64,000 nt of DNA, from IMG/VR virus record IMGVR_UViG_3300008116_000055, positions 99,542-163,541 of that record; one strand, written 5' to 3'. Shown here piece by piece: positions 1 to 10,432 of this stretch. This DNA comes from a virus. How positions within the stretch are numbered: position 1 is the first letter of the stretch; every line of letters starts with the position of its first letter. A program made the position numbers and the translations under genes. Below the pieces are notes generated by a model that searched no databases, had not been told where the DNA came from, and saw only the letters and a program-made list of their open reading frames with translations.

Positions 1-838
1 CATTAATTGTTACTTTCTCTTCAGAACCAATGTTTACAGGACCCAAAAAAGAGTCTTGTCTCATTAGTCTTAAAACCGCTTCAACACATTCATCCACATA
101 TAAGAATGAACGAGTCTGTTGACCATCACCCCAAACTTCAATTTCTCCACCGTCTAACATTTCGGCAACTTTTCTACACATAGCTGCTGGTGCTTTTTCT
201 TTACCACCTTTCCACGTACCATATGGACCAAATATGTTATGAAATCTAGCAATTCGAACATCCAAACCGTGATTTCTGTGAAAAGCCAAGTACAACCTTT
301 CCGAAAAAAGTTTTTCCCAACCATATTCTGAATCAGGATTCGCGGGATATGCTGATGATTCTTCACAATTTGGGTTGTTAGGGTCTAATTGATTGTGTTC
401 AGGATACATACATGCCGATGATGAATAAAAAATCTTCTTAACTTTTGTCTTCACTGATTCATTTACAACATTTAAATTTATCATTGCAGAATTGTGCATA
501 ACATTCGCGTCATTTTCACCAGTGAAGATGTAACCAGCACCACCCATATCGGCAGCTAATTGATAAACCTCATCAAATGGGACCTCAGTTGAATATGGTT
601 GTTTGTAATAATTAAACGGTAATATCGTACCATTTAATTCTTCTAATCTCATTACTGATGATACGTTTTTTGGGTCCGTAAGGTCATATATTAAGAATTC
701 GTCACAAAAGTCTTTCTCATCAAAATATTCGTGTCTTTTTATATCAACTACTCTTACGTAGTTTCCTTCATTTTTTAATCTTTTTGCTAGGTGACCACCA
801 ATAAATCCGCCACCACCCAATACTAATACTCGTTTCAT
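1..838 (-). CDS. GDP-mannose 3,5-epimerase-like NAD-dependent sugar-nucleotide epimerase (partial; C-terminus beyond window start)
   Basis: Minus-strand frame open from ATG at 838-836 to position 1 (absent from the ORF track because it runs off the edge). N-terminal Rossmann motif VLVLGGGGFIGGHL, then ADMGGAGYI...SSSACMYPE and RFHNIFGPYGTWKGGKEKAPAAMCRK blocks characteristic of the GDP-mannose 3,5-epimerase branch of extended SDRs. Confidence 0.75.
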   Translation of the reverse strand, partial: MKRVLVLGGGGFIGGHLAKRLKNEGNYVRVVDIKRHEYFDEKDFCDEFLIYDLTDPKNVSSVMRLEELNGTILPFNYYKQPYSTEVPFDEVYQLAADMGGAGYIFTGENDANVMHNSAMINLNVVNESVKTKVKKIFYSSSACMYPEHNQLDPNNPNCEESSAYPANPDSEYGWEKLFSERLYLAFHRNHGLDVRIARFHNIFGPYGTWKGGKEKAPAAMCRKVAEMLDGGEIEVWGDGQQTRSFLYVDECVEAVLRLMRQDSFLGPVNIGSEEKVTIN

Positions 839-1452
839 TTTATTTTTTTAAAAAATCCCTCACCAAAATTATTACCCCACCAAAATTGTTCAACACAGGT
901 AAACCCATGATGTGTCATCCAATTGTTTATTTCATCAAAGTGTGGACAACCTTTATATAATTCGGCTCTGTTTATTTCTACAATAACGTAGTCAATGTTG
1001 ATTAATGTATTCACGGAACCTTTGAGAACCTCTAATTCAAAACCTTGAACATCGATATTCATCATGTTGTATTTTGAAAAATCGTAATTTAAATCATCCA
1101 ATCTATCCATTTCAACTTCTTCTACAGAATCAAAAACGATATGAGGAAATTGAACAGAATGTAATTTCGGTTCTAATATTGAGGATGACATACCTTTATT
1201 AAAGGATTCTACAAACATAGAAACTTTTCTCTTTTCATTACCTAACGCCAGTTTAACTAAAATTGCGTCATCATCTATTTTTTCTTTTAAGGTCTCAAAA
1301 TTAGACGATAGAGGTTCAAAGTATATTCTGTTTGAAATACCCAATTCCTTATAAACTTCATCTTCTTGACCAAAATGTGCACCAACGTGAATCACACCAT
1401 GGATATTAACATTATGATTAATCATAAATGTCTTTAGCTCTATATTATTCAT
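835..1452 (-). CDS. FkbM-family SAM-dependent methyltransferase
   Basis: 205 aa. VIHVGAHFGQE and IDVQGFELEVLKG motifs typical of Methyltransf_21/FkbM. 4-nt overlap with the downstream epimerase gene. Confidence 0.65.
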   Translation of the reverse strand: MNNIELKTFMINHNVNIHGVIHVGAHFGQEDEVYKELGISNRIYFEPLSSNFETLKEKIDDDAILVKLALGNEKRKVSMFVESFNKGMSSSILEPKLHSVQFPHIVFDSVEEVEMDRLDDLNYDFSKYNMMNIDVQGFELEVLKGSVNTLINIDYVIVEINRAELYKGCPHFDEINNWMTHHGFTCVEQFWWGNNFGEGFFKKIK

Positions 1453-2216
1453 TCTCTATCCTCTTTATATTTGTCTTTATTATACAATAAATCCCTGTGT
1501 TTTTCAAGTATTTTTGCTGCGTTTACGTAAACTAAATTATTATGTAATGATTGATTTTTTTGTCTAGTGGTCCCCCATCCAGGTTCGGAAATATAATCTA
1601 TCGTATATAAACCTGACACTTTTCCGAGTTCTTTGAATGCTCTCATGGACATATCCATATCATCATAATTTTGGGGTGAAAAATATTCGTCTAAAAAATT
1701 TAATTTGACCACGTCATTATAGTTGTACATTAGTGGACCTCTGTTACCATATTCTCTAGCATAAAAAATATCTCTTGATGAGTTATCTTTATGTGCAATA
1801 TCGATGTAATTTATTTGTTTTGTTTGTTCATTATAGATGTTATTGTGAGCAACAAAAGATGTTACAGCGAACACATCACTATATTTTATGAACGGTTCCA
1901 ACATCCTCTTATCAAAATCTTTTTCTGTGACAACCATATCATCTTGGATTAAGACCACATAATCATTTATAACAGACTTTAGACCAATATTATTTGCTTT
2001 GGTTTCAAAAACATTGTCGGCATACAGGTAATCAATTTTTTTATTACTAACTCTCTTTAAATTGTCACGAACAATACCTTCACTATTATCTGTACAACCA
2101 TCAAAAACTATTACAATCTGGTCATTCAGTTCTGATAAATTATTTACCAAGTTACTCACCACTTGGTTCATTAAGAATTCCTTGTTGTGAATTGTCAATA
2201 CTACTGATGTTTTCAT
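1449..2216 (-). CDS. family 2 glycosyltransferase
   Basis: Track ORF 1449..2246; first ATG at 2216 gives MKTSVVLTIHNKE, a GT2-like N-terminus, and a DxD-like VLIQDDM. ATGA overlap with the upstream gene. Confidence 0.65.
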   Translation of the reverse strand: MKTSVVLTIHNKEFLMNQVVSNLVNNLSELNDQIVIVFDGCTDNSEGIVRDNLKRVSNKKIDYLYADNVFETKANNIGLKSVINDYVVLIQDDMVVTEKDFDKRMLEPFIKYSDVFAVTSFVAHNNIYNEQTKQINYIDIAHKDNSSRDIFYAREYGNRGPLMYNYNDVVKLNFLDEYFSPQNYDDMDMSMRAFKELGKVSGLYTIDYISEPGWGTTRQKNQSLHNNLVYVNAAKILEKHRDLLYNKDKYKEDRE

Positions 2217-2974
2217 TTTAAAAGATATTTTGATAATTCTATACAATCACCTTTTCTATCAAACAGGTGGTCAACATAATTATACGTTTCAATCACGTTA
2301 TAATTTTCTTTGTGAAAAATCCAATTATTTGCCGTTTGCTCACAACAATGATAAATCTTCGAGTCTGTATCAGTCACATCTGAAATGTCTACCGATATCA
2401 TATCTTCCATAATTTTTTTTGCTTGGTGAATATTGTAATCCGCGGGCAACCCAAAAATACCTAAATTATAAATTTTAAAATCTAAATCATTTGTAACCTG
2501 TTTACATATTTTTATTTCACCCCATCTCGGGTCACCATTCCTAACGATTCTTTCATACTTCCAAACCATAATAGAATTATCATCAATTTGTGGTAATTCC
2601 GAATGAAAAAATAAATCATTATCGATTTTTACAGTGTACTCAGTTTCTGATTTTGCATAATTAATAAAATCATTTAAAACTGTAAAACTATAATTAAGAC
2701 TTTCATTGTATTTGGTAAGTTGTTCCGTGTAATCAATATAAATAATTCTGTCTTGGTCAATGTTATACTTGTTCATTTTTTCTTTCATACCCTCAACATC
2801 ATCAGTATAAAGATGTAAAATACTTTTTCTATTCTTATCAATAAATGAAGCATAAGATGCTGATGAATAATCAGATATAAACTCTTTATTTTTGTAGACA
2901 TCAAACGCCCATTTCCGACCGATTTGGGACATTTTATTTAAGTCATAATTATAATTTAATGCAATAAATTTCAT
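2213..2974 (-). CDS. hypothetical protein of the glycan cluster (possible glycosyltransferase)
   Basis: 253 aa ORF, overlap-coupled to neighbours in the same operon. No motif I can name. Confidence 0.45.
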   Translation of the reverse strand: MKFIALNYNYDLNKMSQIGRKWAFDVYKNKEFISDYSSASYASFIDKNRKSILHLYTDDVEGMKEKMNKYNIDQDRIIYIDYTEQLTKYNESLNYSFTVLNDFINYAKSETEYTVKIDNDLFFHSELPQIDDNSIMVWKYERIVRNGDPRWGEIKICKQVTNDLDFKIYNLGIFGLPADYNIHQAKKIMEDMISVDISDVTDTDSKIYHCCEQTANNWIFHKENYNVIETYNYVDHLFDRKGDCIELSKYLLK

Positions 2975-3645
2975 GGTATATATACGTTGTATTTTATTCT
3001 ATAATCGAGACAATAATCAAATTTTAAATTATGTTTCACAACCAAGTTAGTTAATATACTTTGGTCATTTCTATGGAATTGCCAATTTGGAAAATTCTCA
3101 CCAATTTGATTTGGTTCATTGTCAACTATCTGTTTAATACTACAATACTTAAAATAATCGTGAACAAATTCCATCATTTGTTTGGTTTTTTTAATGATGA
3201 TAAATCCTGCTTCCATCTGTGGTGTTTCATGAAACTTTTCTTCATCACAATCCATCAAGATAAAACAGTCTCTTTTTGTACATATTTTTTGAGGCCAACG
3301 ATTTCCATTCCAATTTGTAAAATAATAATCATTATCTTTCAAATAATTTGCAATCGTATTATAATCAACATCAACTAAATCACCGGCATCGGTATAAATT
3401 AATGCATCCCCATCTTCTAATTCATTCAAAATATCTAAAATAATTTTTGGTTTCCACAACCAAAATCCATCACCCGTTTCACAATCTAATATTTCTTTAT
3501 GGTTTTCATAAAAAATACCTTTCTTAACATCTTCAGATTTAAATCCTCGGATATCATTGAAACCACGTGAATTATAATATCCGATTAATTTTTGAACGGT
3601 GTTACTAAATTTATTGTTGGTGTAAAAAGATAGAACAATTTTCAT
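2971..3645 (-). CDS. putative DXD-type glycosyltransferase (capsule-synthesis-like)
   Basis: 224 aa. FWLWKPKIILDIL...LIYTDAGD resembles the W-KP ... Y-D-D signature of capsular polysaccharide synthesis / GT32-like transferases. Confidence 0.4.
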   Translation of the reverse strand: MKIVLSFYTNNKFSNTVQKLIGYYNSRGFNDIRGFKSEDVKKGIFYENHKEILDCETGDGFWLWKPKIILDILNELEDGDALIYTDAGDLVDVDYNTIANYLKDNDYYFTNWNGNRWPQKICTKRDCFILMDCDEEKFHETPQMEAGFIIIKKTKQMMEFVHDYFKYCSIKQIVDNEPNQIGENFPNWQFHRNDQSILTNLVVKHNLKFDYCLDYRIKYNVYIP

Positions 3646-3647
3646 TA

Positions 3648-4349
3648 TTAATGTATCCCCCGAACATTTACGTTTATTTCATATTCATTTATTAATGGAG
3701 AGAGTTCATTAGGGTATTCAGATAAATTCCATTTACCTCTAACTAAAGCCGTTGCTATATATGGATAAACAGAACTATCAAAATGATTCAACCCCCTTTT
3801 GTTTTCACCATCGTAATGATATAAACCTTTGATGTTGTTTTCTATCATAAAATTTCTATATGTTTCATTCTCTAACCACATATTATTTTTGGTACCTTTC
3901 ATGATTTTAATGTAATCATCTTTTTTCCAAATAGTTGGTTGCATAGAAAATATATCTTTATTGTCGGATTCTATTTCATATAAGGTCTCATAAATTTTTT
4001 TATCTTTAACAGACCCCGATTTTAACAATCTAATGAACGAATATTCTTGGTTATCATGTAAAAAATCGAGGTAATTAAAAATTTTATCATGACTGACATT
4101 GTTATAAAGAATAAAGTCTTCTTGTAAGTATATAAAATAGTCATATGGTATTGAAGATAAACACTTTAACCATGATTCATAATAAGGTTCTTGATTTTCA
4201 TATAAAAAACAAATTTGCTCGGGTATCATTACATCTGTAATAAAATACATCGGTAAGTTTGTGTACTTTTTTTGTTCTAACAAGAACATATCCAAAATAT
4301 CTGAACATTTTGAATTTGTATAAGTAACGTAACAAATTTTATTATCCAT
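3648..4349 (-). CDS. hypothetical protein of the glycan cluster
   Basis: 233 aa ORF in the coupled operon. Confidence 0.4.
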   Translation of the reverse strand: MDNKICYVTYTNSKCSDILDMFLLEQKKYTNLPMYFITDVMIPEQICFLYENQEPYYESWLKCLSSIPYDYFIYLQEDFILYNNVSHDKIFNYLDFLHDNQEYSFIRLLKSGSVKDKKIYETLYEIESDNKDIFSMQPTIWKKDDYIKIMKGTKNNMWLENETYRNFMIENNIKGLYHYDGENKRGLNHFDSSVYPYIATALVRGKWNLSEYPNELSPLINEYEINVNVRGIH

Positions 4350-5076
4350 AAGGTGTTAAATTTTTGTTGATATAAACCACATCCATTTCTGTGTTTGAAG
4401 ATTCTGGCGACTCGTCTATTGGTATAAACCTATTTAGTTTTTCATCTAGTTCAGATTTACTTGTAGAACCACGATATAATTCCTGTAACCCTACTTCGGT
4501 GGTTATTATTTTTACATCATTTAAATATTCTTTTAGAGAGTCTAATACGATATTTTCTGCACCTTGAACATCCATCCAAATCAAATCAACACTTTTAATA
4601 TCATTTTCTTTTAACCAATCACTAAGAACAATACAGTCAACCTCAGTTTCCTTTTGGGCCCACTGAGATGAACGCCAGTGGTTTGTTGTCTGTAATAAAG
4701 AACTGGCACCCACATTTCCATTATAAACTTCGTAAAATTTAGTTTTACCGTTGTAATTGTTTATTGCGTATTGGTAAACTTTTATGTTATTAATTTTCTC
4801 AACGTTCTTAACTGTAAATTCGTAGTTTTCTTTTACTGGTTCAAACGCATATATTTTAGCATGTGGAAACCATCTATTTAACTCTAAACTTTGGCAACCA
4901 TCTCTTGACCCAATATCTAATATTGTGTTGACATCATTAAAGTCAATTTTATCTTTTATAACATTAATCATTTTTGTTGTCCATAATGGACATCTACCAT
5001 TCAAATCGGTAAAGGCACCCCTATTTAATTCATCTTGAGTAAATGCGTCGTCAATAAATTTTGAATTATCTATCAT
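4342..5076 (-). CDS. FkbM-family SAM-dependent methyltransferase (second copy)
   Basis: 244 aa. DIGSRDGCQSLEL (SAM-binding) and MDVQGAENIVLDSL FkbM motif. Confidence 0.65.
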   Translation of the reverse strand: MIDNSKFIDDAFTQDELNRGAFTDLNGRCPLWTTKMINVIKDKIDFNDVNTILDIGSRDGCQSLELNRWFPHAKIYAFEPVKENYEFTVKNVEKINNIKVYQYAINNYNGKTKFYEVYNGNVGASSLLQTTNHWRSSQWAQKETEVDCIVLSDWLKENDIKSVDLIWMDVQGAENIVLDSLKEYLNDVKIITTEVGLQELYRGSTSKSELDEKLNRFIPIDESPESSNTEMDVVYINKNLTPYG

Positions 5077-5087
5077 TTTTATAATTT

Positions 5088-5678
5088 TTAAATCACCACC
5101 ATACTATAACATGGTGCGTCTTTATATGTGGACAAATTAATATTTCGTTTTAACCAAAAAATTTCATTATCATTACTTAATTCGCCACCCATAAAGTTTA
5201 TATTTTTATAGTTAAGTGATATTATATTTTCCGTGATTATTTTTTCCGAATACTCATCGTGTATGGTAGATACATTCCAAATATCAAACACCGTATCTAT
5301 TTCACCCTCCACAAAATAATCAACAAAATATTTTCCTTCATTATGCCAAGTCAAAAAATTTACACACTCTTTTTTAAATGTGGAAACTAATCTATTTGCA
5401 TTAGATGGTAGTAAATCACTTCTCCATTTAAGGACTCTGTTGTAACCTATTTCTTTGGCTTTCATTATTCCATTCAAAGTTGATATTTTTTGTAGTGCTA
5501 TATTTTGTACACCCCTATCGTGTGGAATACTGTTGAATAAGACAACATCATTAGTATCGTATTTTGATTCTTCACCTTGCCATGTTGACCAAATCAAATC
5601 ATAACCAGTCCAAGCGTTTTTTAATTCTTTAACGTAGTCTGAAGGTCCTTGTACTATGACACAAAAATCATTATTCAT
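5088..5678 (-). CDS. hypothetical protein of the glycan cluster
   Basis: 196 aa ORF. Confidence 0.4.
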   Translation of the reverse strand: MNNDFCVIVQGPSDYVKELKNAWTGYDLIWSTWQGEESKYDTNDVVLFNSIPHDRGVQNIALQKISTLNGIMKAKEIGYNRVLKWRSDLLPSNANRLVSTFKKECVNFLTWHNEGKYFVDYFVEGEIDTVFDIWNVSTIHDEYSEKIITENIISLNYKNINFMGGELSNDNEIFWLKRNINLSTYKDAPCYSMVVI

Positions 5679-5684
5679 ACTGAA

Positions 5685-6404
5685 TTAAAATTTTGATATG
5701 TGATTATGATATTGTGACCCTTCATACATGTATGGTCTAGTTATTTTATTATGTATGAATACATCTAATGCGGAACCAAAATCAATATAAGTGTTATTAC
5801 TATTATTTGTAAACATATGTTTTATGATAACAGCAGATGTTGGTCCACAACATACGATAAATAAAGTATCTTTATATTTTGAAGAAACATTGTATATTTT
5901 TTCTAAAAACGAATCTCTATGTTCTTCCCAATAGTTTACACAATCATTAGGGAACGGTACAAATTCTGATACACTAAATGGTATGTTTTTTAAATCACAA
6001 TTTTCATTACAAATTAAAACAACATCTCGATTTATATTTCTTATTCTTGATATATTTTCTTTGTAATTTGCGTTAATCCATAGGTTAGCAAATGTAATGT
6101 TTGATTTATTTTGTATTCTATCATATAAAAAATTATAGTCTCTAATACTATCAGTTTTGGAGGATATTGCAAAATAAAAATTTGGGTCGTTCAACCCTAT
6201 ACATTCATTTAAATCCACACCTAATTTGGTTTGTCCCCCACTCGAAAACCATTTATCGTTTTGATACGCTTGTGTATTCTTTTCTATCGGTGAATTATTC
6301 ATTAACATCACTTCACCATCGGCATATCTAACAAAAGAAAAGTTAGTTCGACTATCTATCTTTTCCCAAAACGAATTAAAATCTTCAATATACTTTTCAA
6401 TCAT
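5685..6404 (-). CDS. hypothetical protein of the glycan cluster
   Basis: 239 aa ORF, 8-nt overlap with the upstream gene. Confidence 0.4.
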   Translation of the reverse strand: MIEKYIEDFNSFWEKIDSRTNFSFVRYADGEVMLMNNSPIEKNTQAYQNDKWFSSGGQTKLGVDLNECIGLNDPNFYFAISSKTDSIRDYNFLYDRIQNKSNITFANLWINANYKENISRIRNINRDVVLICNENCDLKNIPFSVSEFVPFPNDCVNYWEEHRDSFLEKIYNVSSKYKDTLFIVCCGPTSAVIIKHMFTNNSNNTYIDFGSALDVFIHNKITRPYMYEGSQYHNHISKF

Positions 6405-7125
6405 TTAATATTGTCTTAAATCCTTTATTTACATACCCACGGTAAACTTCACCCATTAAATTCATATTTGAATGATTTACGGAAATTGCGTTGGAATCAG
6501 TTCCATGTTCCCATGCATATTCTGGTATACTACCCCACATTTCTCTATTTTCTTTAGGATGGGGAGGAACGTAAGTTCCGATATTTGCGTATTTCTGTAA
6601 TGTATATGAAAAGTGCATATCCTCACCAACTAATTTACTCTGATTGATTTCAGGTAATTCTCTCCAAAATATCGATAACCATTCTCTTTTAAAGAACCAC
6701 GAGTGACCAACAATGTCGACCTTTTCAATTTCTTCGTTAGGTTGGTCCCAACCGACTCTTGTTGCTGGCCAATAAGAGTTTTTTGTGTGAAATTTTACAC
6801 CGATAGTTCCTAATAAACCTTCTTGAATTTTCATGGTGTTTAGACAGTTTTCTAACCATAGTTTACCCGGTATTGTGTCATCATCAAAAACACAAATATA
6901 TTCTGTGTTGGCATTTAAAGCAAATGCAAATCTTGCCCACACACCTAAATTACTATTACAAGATGCGTGAATTAAATCTTTGGTTAGTCCCTCATCAAAT
7001 TGAGAACCAGAATTTTGCCAAAATAAAATTGATTCGGGTTGGACACTTTGATTTCTAATTGATTCCAATTGTTTTTGGAGAACATGTGGTCTTTTATACC
7101 CATTTAATATTACCGTTATACTCAT
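6397..7125 (-). CDS. glycosyltransferase family 2-like protein
   Basis: 242 aa. MSITVILNGYKRPHVLQKQLESI N-terminus and VFDDDTIP DxD-type motif. Confidence 0.5.
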   Translation of the reverse strand: MSITVILNGYKRPHVLQKQLESIRNQSVQPESILFWQNSGSQFDEGLTKDLIHASCNSNLGVWARFAFALNANTEYICVFDDDTIPGKLWLENCLNTMKIQEGLLGTIGVKFHTKNSYWPATRVGWDQPNEEIEKVDIVGHSWFFKREWLSIFWRELPEINQSKLVGEDMHFSYTLQKYANIGTYVPPHPKENREMWGSIPEYAWEHGTDSNAISVNHSNMNLMGEVYRGYVNKGFKTILND

Positions 7126-8114
7126 ACAATTTTTCTAAATATTTCAATGATTCTTTCACAAGAATTACCATCACCAAAAGGACAATCATATTCTGTTTGG
7201 AAATCGTTAATAATATCGTAAAAAATACCTTCTAAGTCAATGGGTTTTTTACATATAAAAGACGTTTTACCCAAGGACTCAGGTCTCTCAGTTTTTTCTC
7301 TACATACAATAACTTTCTTATTTAGGAACGACGCCTCTTCTTGAACACCCCCACTATCTGAAATTAGTAATTTACAGGATTTGAATTCCTCAATAAATTT
7401 ATCATGGGTTAATGGTTCAATAACATCAACATGTGTCAATATATGTTTGTGTTTTATGACGTTTGGGTTTGGGTGTATTGGAAGAATGAATTTTAATTCA
7501 GGATTATTCTTTGCTAATCGATTGATAACATCAAACCACTCCGACATCATCTCATGATTCTCTCTTCTATGTAAAGTGATTAAGACTTTATTTTCGTATG
7601 TAATATTTTCTTTATTAAGATTATCTAATACGGTATTGCCAACTACAAAATTTTTACCCTGAACTTTTTCATTTTCTAAGTTCATCTTGTTACTTTCTGT
7701 TGGGCAAAGATTATAGTTTGAAATTCTACTAATTAACTGCCGATACATTTCTTCGGGGTAAGGGTGATTGTAGTCATATGTCCGTAATCCCGCTTCTAAA
7801 TGAATCACTTCTTTTTTATGGTGTAATCCTATTAGGGATAATGAAAGAGCGGTTGCGGTGTCCCCTTGGATAAGTATATGTGTAACCCCTTCCAAAAATT
7901 CTTTTTTAAAATTTAAAAATACGGATGACATAATACTATCCAATCTATTTTCACACGTATCATCAATGGATAATTTATAATCAAAATCACCCAATACAAT
8001 ATCTTTGTGTTGGGTAACATATAAAATTTTATGGGGAATACTTTCCCCACACATTTCTATTAATTTTTTTATTTTAATATACTCAGGTCTTGTGCCGTAA
8101 CAAAATAATATCAT
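7122..8114 (-). CDS. wecB: UDP-N-acetylglucosamine 2-epimerase
   Basis: 330 aa. MILFCYGTRPEYIKI start, HLEAGLRTYD, GDSGGVQEEA blocks typical of non-hydrolysing UDP-GlcNAc 2-epimerases. Confidence 0.8.
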   Translation of the reverse strand: MILFCYGTRPEYIKIKKLIEMCGESIPHKILYVTQHKDIVLGDFDYKLSIDDTCENRLDSIMSSVFLNFKKEFLEGVTHILIQGDTATALSLSLIGLHHKKEVIHLEAGLRTYDYNHPYPEEMYRQLISRISNYNLCPTESNKMNLENEKVQGKNFVVGNTVLDNLNKENITYENKVLITLHRRENHEMMSEWFDVINRLAKNNPELKFILPIHPNPNVIKHKHILTHVDVIEPLTHDKFIEEFKSCKLLISDSGGVQEEASFLNKKVIVCREKTERPESLGKTSFICKKPIDLEGIFYDIINDFQTEYDCPFGDGNSCERIIEIFRKIV

Positions 8115-8932
8115 ATATAAGTTGAAATGATTTCTAAATTTTTTAAAGTGTTAGTTTCTAAGAAATCAATTAATTCATCACCTGATAACCTATTAAACCA
8201 TTCTTCTAAACTTGCACCATAATTTTGTGTCGTTATTACTTCCAAACCTAAACATTTTGCCTCAACAACCAGTCTACAAAAAGTTTCTCTTGCTATCGGG
8301 AAAAACACAATACCTTTACATTTGGCCATATTACTTAAAAATTCAACTCTGTCTTTAGATTCTTTAAGAATATGGACCGGTAATTTATTTTCAGAACAAT
8401 ACTTCAGACTACCTTGGGTGTTCTTTATCCAATTATTTGTATAGTAAACAGAATATTTGTCGTTTTTAACATTGTTGGATTTATTTAAATTCCTCAATAA
8501 TTCTAAGTCCTCATTTGACCATATCGAACTATTCAGATTTATAAAATTAGCAACAACATCGTTTTTAAGATAAACGTTCATGTGGTCGGTTGTTTGAACA
8601 AATACCGCTTTTGCATTCCGGTAAAGAGAATAGTTGGTTCTTTCCTCAATCGGAATTATGTTGTCGGTATATCTCCATGGGTGTCTACTTGCACATATTT
8701 TATAATCGTTTTCAATAATGACGTAGTTCAAATTTTGTATTTGATTAACCAAGTTTGGGTTCATCAAAGAAATATTTGATATAATATACAGGGCGTTGTA
8801 ATCAAATGACTTGACTTGGTTTGAATATTCAAACTCAAGATTAAATCTATCAATTAAAACTTGATTCACCCATTCAGAACCACCGTGAGGTACTTCTTTA
8901 ATGGTAAAATCCGATATAAGTATTTTCCTCAT
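8111..8932 (-). CDS. hypothetical protein of the glycan cluster
   Basis: 273 aa ORF, ATGA-coupled. Confidence 0.4.
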   Translation of the reverse strand: MRKILISDFTIKEVPHGGSEWVNQVLIDRFNLEFEYSNQVKSFDYNALYIISNISLMNPNLVNQIQNLNYVIIENDYKICASRHPWRYTDNIIPIEERTNYSLYRNAKAVFVQTTDHMNVYLKNDVVANFINLNSSIWSNEDLELLRNLNKSNNVKNDKYSVYYTNNWIKNTQGSLKYCSENKLPVHILKESKDRVEFLSNMAKCKGIVFFPIARETFCRLVVEAKCLGLEVITTQNYGASLEEWFNRLSGDELIDFLETNTLKNLEIISTYI

Positions 8933-9651
8933 ATAACTTGATAATTTTCTTTTAACATGCTGTCCATGTAATTGAATGGTAAATTAAAATAATGTTCACC
9001 GAATTTATGTTGTTTATTGAACGATGACAATCTCTTTGCTCTTGAAATGTAAATGTTCTTCACGTAGTCTTTACCCAAGAATTTATAGTGAAGAAGTTTT
9101 ATTTCCCGCTCATCCGAAAATTTACCATCAACAGAATTAAAACTGTGACCACCAATGCCGTATTTTATATCTAAATCAGGATGAAAAATTATATTTTTAC
9201 ACATTGGTTCATACGTTTGTGAACCTGTTTTAATTTTTGTTGTAATGAATTCACCGTCGTATATTGGAAATTCAGTACTAACCATGTCGTGACCGTCTAT
9301 TCTTGGGACGGTTATACCCATTTCTTTGTACTCTTGAAGTTTATCCATAAGATTTTCATGGTATATAAACTCATCACAGTCACAAACTATAACCCAATCA
9401 ACACCCTGACCTCTACTTCTTTTTTTATACTCTTCGGATTTAATGTTTACGTAATTAATTTCATTTATTTCATTACCACTATCCCATTTAATAACCTCAA
9501 CTTTTGGGTACCTCTTATAAATCTCATCAGAGGAGTCCGTTGACATATTATCGTATATGAATATTTTTTCACAGATTGTACTATAGTAATCCAATGTGAA
9601 TGGTAATATTTTTTCTTCATTCCATGACAGTATATGTGCGTGTATCTTCAT
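8929..9651 (-). CDS. putative glycosyltransferase (GT2/GT92-like fold)
   Basis: 240 aa. HILSWNEEKILPFTLDYY...IYDNMSTDSS resembles GT-A fold nucleotide-sugar transferases. Confidence 0.45.
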   Translation of the reverse strand: MKIHAHILSWNEEKILPFTLDYYSTICEKIFIYDNMSTDSSDEIYKRYPKVEVIKWDSGNEINEINYVNIKSEEYKKRSRGQGVDWVIVCDCDEFIYHENLMDKLQEYKEMGITVPRIDGHDMVSTEFPIYDGEFITTKIKTGSQTYEPMCKNIIFHPDLDIKYGIGGHSFNSVDGKFSDEREIKLLHYKFLGKDYVKNIYISRAKRLSSFNKQHKFGEHYFNLPFNYMDSMLKENYQVI

Positions 9652-9652
9652 T

Positions 9653-10432
9653 TTAAAATATGTTTTTCCAAAGTGTTAATATCTCTTCGTTACTTAATTT
9701 AGAAACTTCATTCATAGTCTCTTCATTACCATAAAACTCTGTACCGGTTAAATAACATTCATCTTTAACCAAACAAGCAACCTCACCCTTTGATGAGTGA
9801 TATACCTTACCAATCATATCGTACATTTCTTGTTTATTGGTGGTGTGACCGTAATGAATTACTCTTGGATTCATTAAAGGTTTTACCAATTTGTCAAAAT
9901 AGTTTTGGTCACCGATGTGACCGAACAAATAGATTTTTTCACACCTGTCTTTTAATGCTCTTTGTATTGACACATGGGTCTGTTTTCTGTCTTCAATTGT
10001 ACCAATAATTCCTGCAATATTTCTTACCAGCTCTTTATTTGAAATAATTAAATTTTCTTTGATGTTTGGTATTATTACATAATCACCCCTGTAATCCGAG
10101 TGATATTTTCGATGCTCTTCATGTAAAAACACGCACAGGTCCCAATACTGTTTAATTTTACCAACAGGGAACCACCATTTTTCATGACAAGACAAAATAA
10201 CTTTTTTAACAGGTGGTCTTTCCTGTAGTTGTAAAAAATGGGTAATTACAATATCATCAGATTCATACTTTAAATCTTTTTCAATGTTCCCTGATTTACA
10301 TTTGTCTAAATGGTAATTCTGATTACCGTAAAATGTGCAATCAATACCATTTTCATTTAAGAAATTTGTTAAGTTTATAAAAAAAGTGGTAGAACCACCT
10401 TTTTCTGTAAATCCCGATACAATTTTTATCAT
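9653..10432 (-). CDS. hypothetical protein, possibly GT-B-type glycosyltransferase fragment
   Basis: 259 aa. MIKIVSGFTEKGGSTTF N-terminus reminiscent of GT1/GT4 N-domains. Weak. Confidence 0.3.
   Translation of the reverse strand: MIKIVSGFTEKGGSTTFFINLTNFLNENGIDCTFYGNQNYHLDKCKSGNIEKDLKYESDDIVITHFLQLQERPPVKKVILSCHEKWWFPVGKIKQYWDLCVFLHEEHRKYHSDYRGDYVIIPNIKENLIISNKELVRNIAGIIGTIEDRKQTHVSIQRALKDRCEKIYLFGHIGDQNYFDKLVKPLMNPRVIHYGHTTNKQEMYDMIGKVYHSSKGEVACLVKDECYLTGTEFYGNEETMNEVSKLSNEEILTLWKNIF

Noticed and set aside
154-10008. Track ORFs antisense to the glycan-operon genes (154..366, 2230..2412, 3061..3378, 6873..7058, 8582..8779, 9289..9543, 9790..10008)
   Set aside because: Each lies fully inside a longer, motif-supported gene on the opposite strand. 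Their products are low-complexity or hydrophobic nonsense typical of AT-rich antisense frames.
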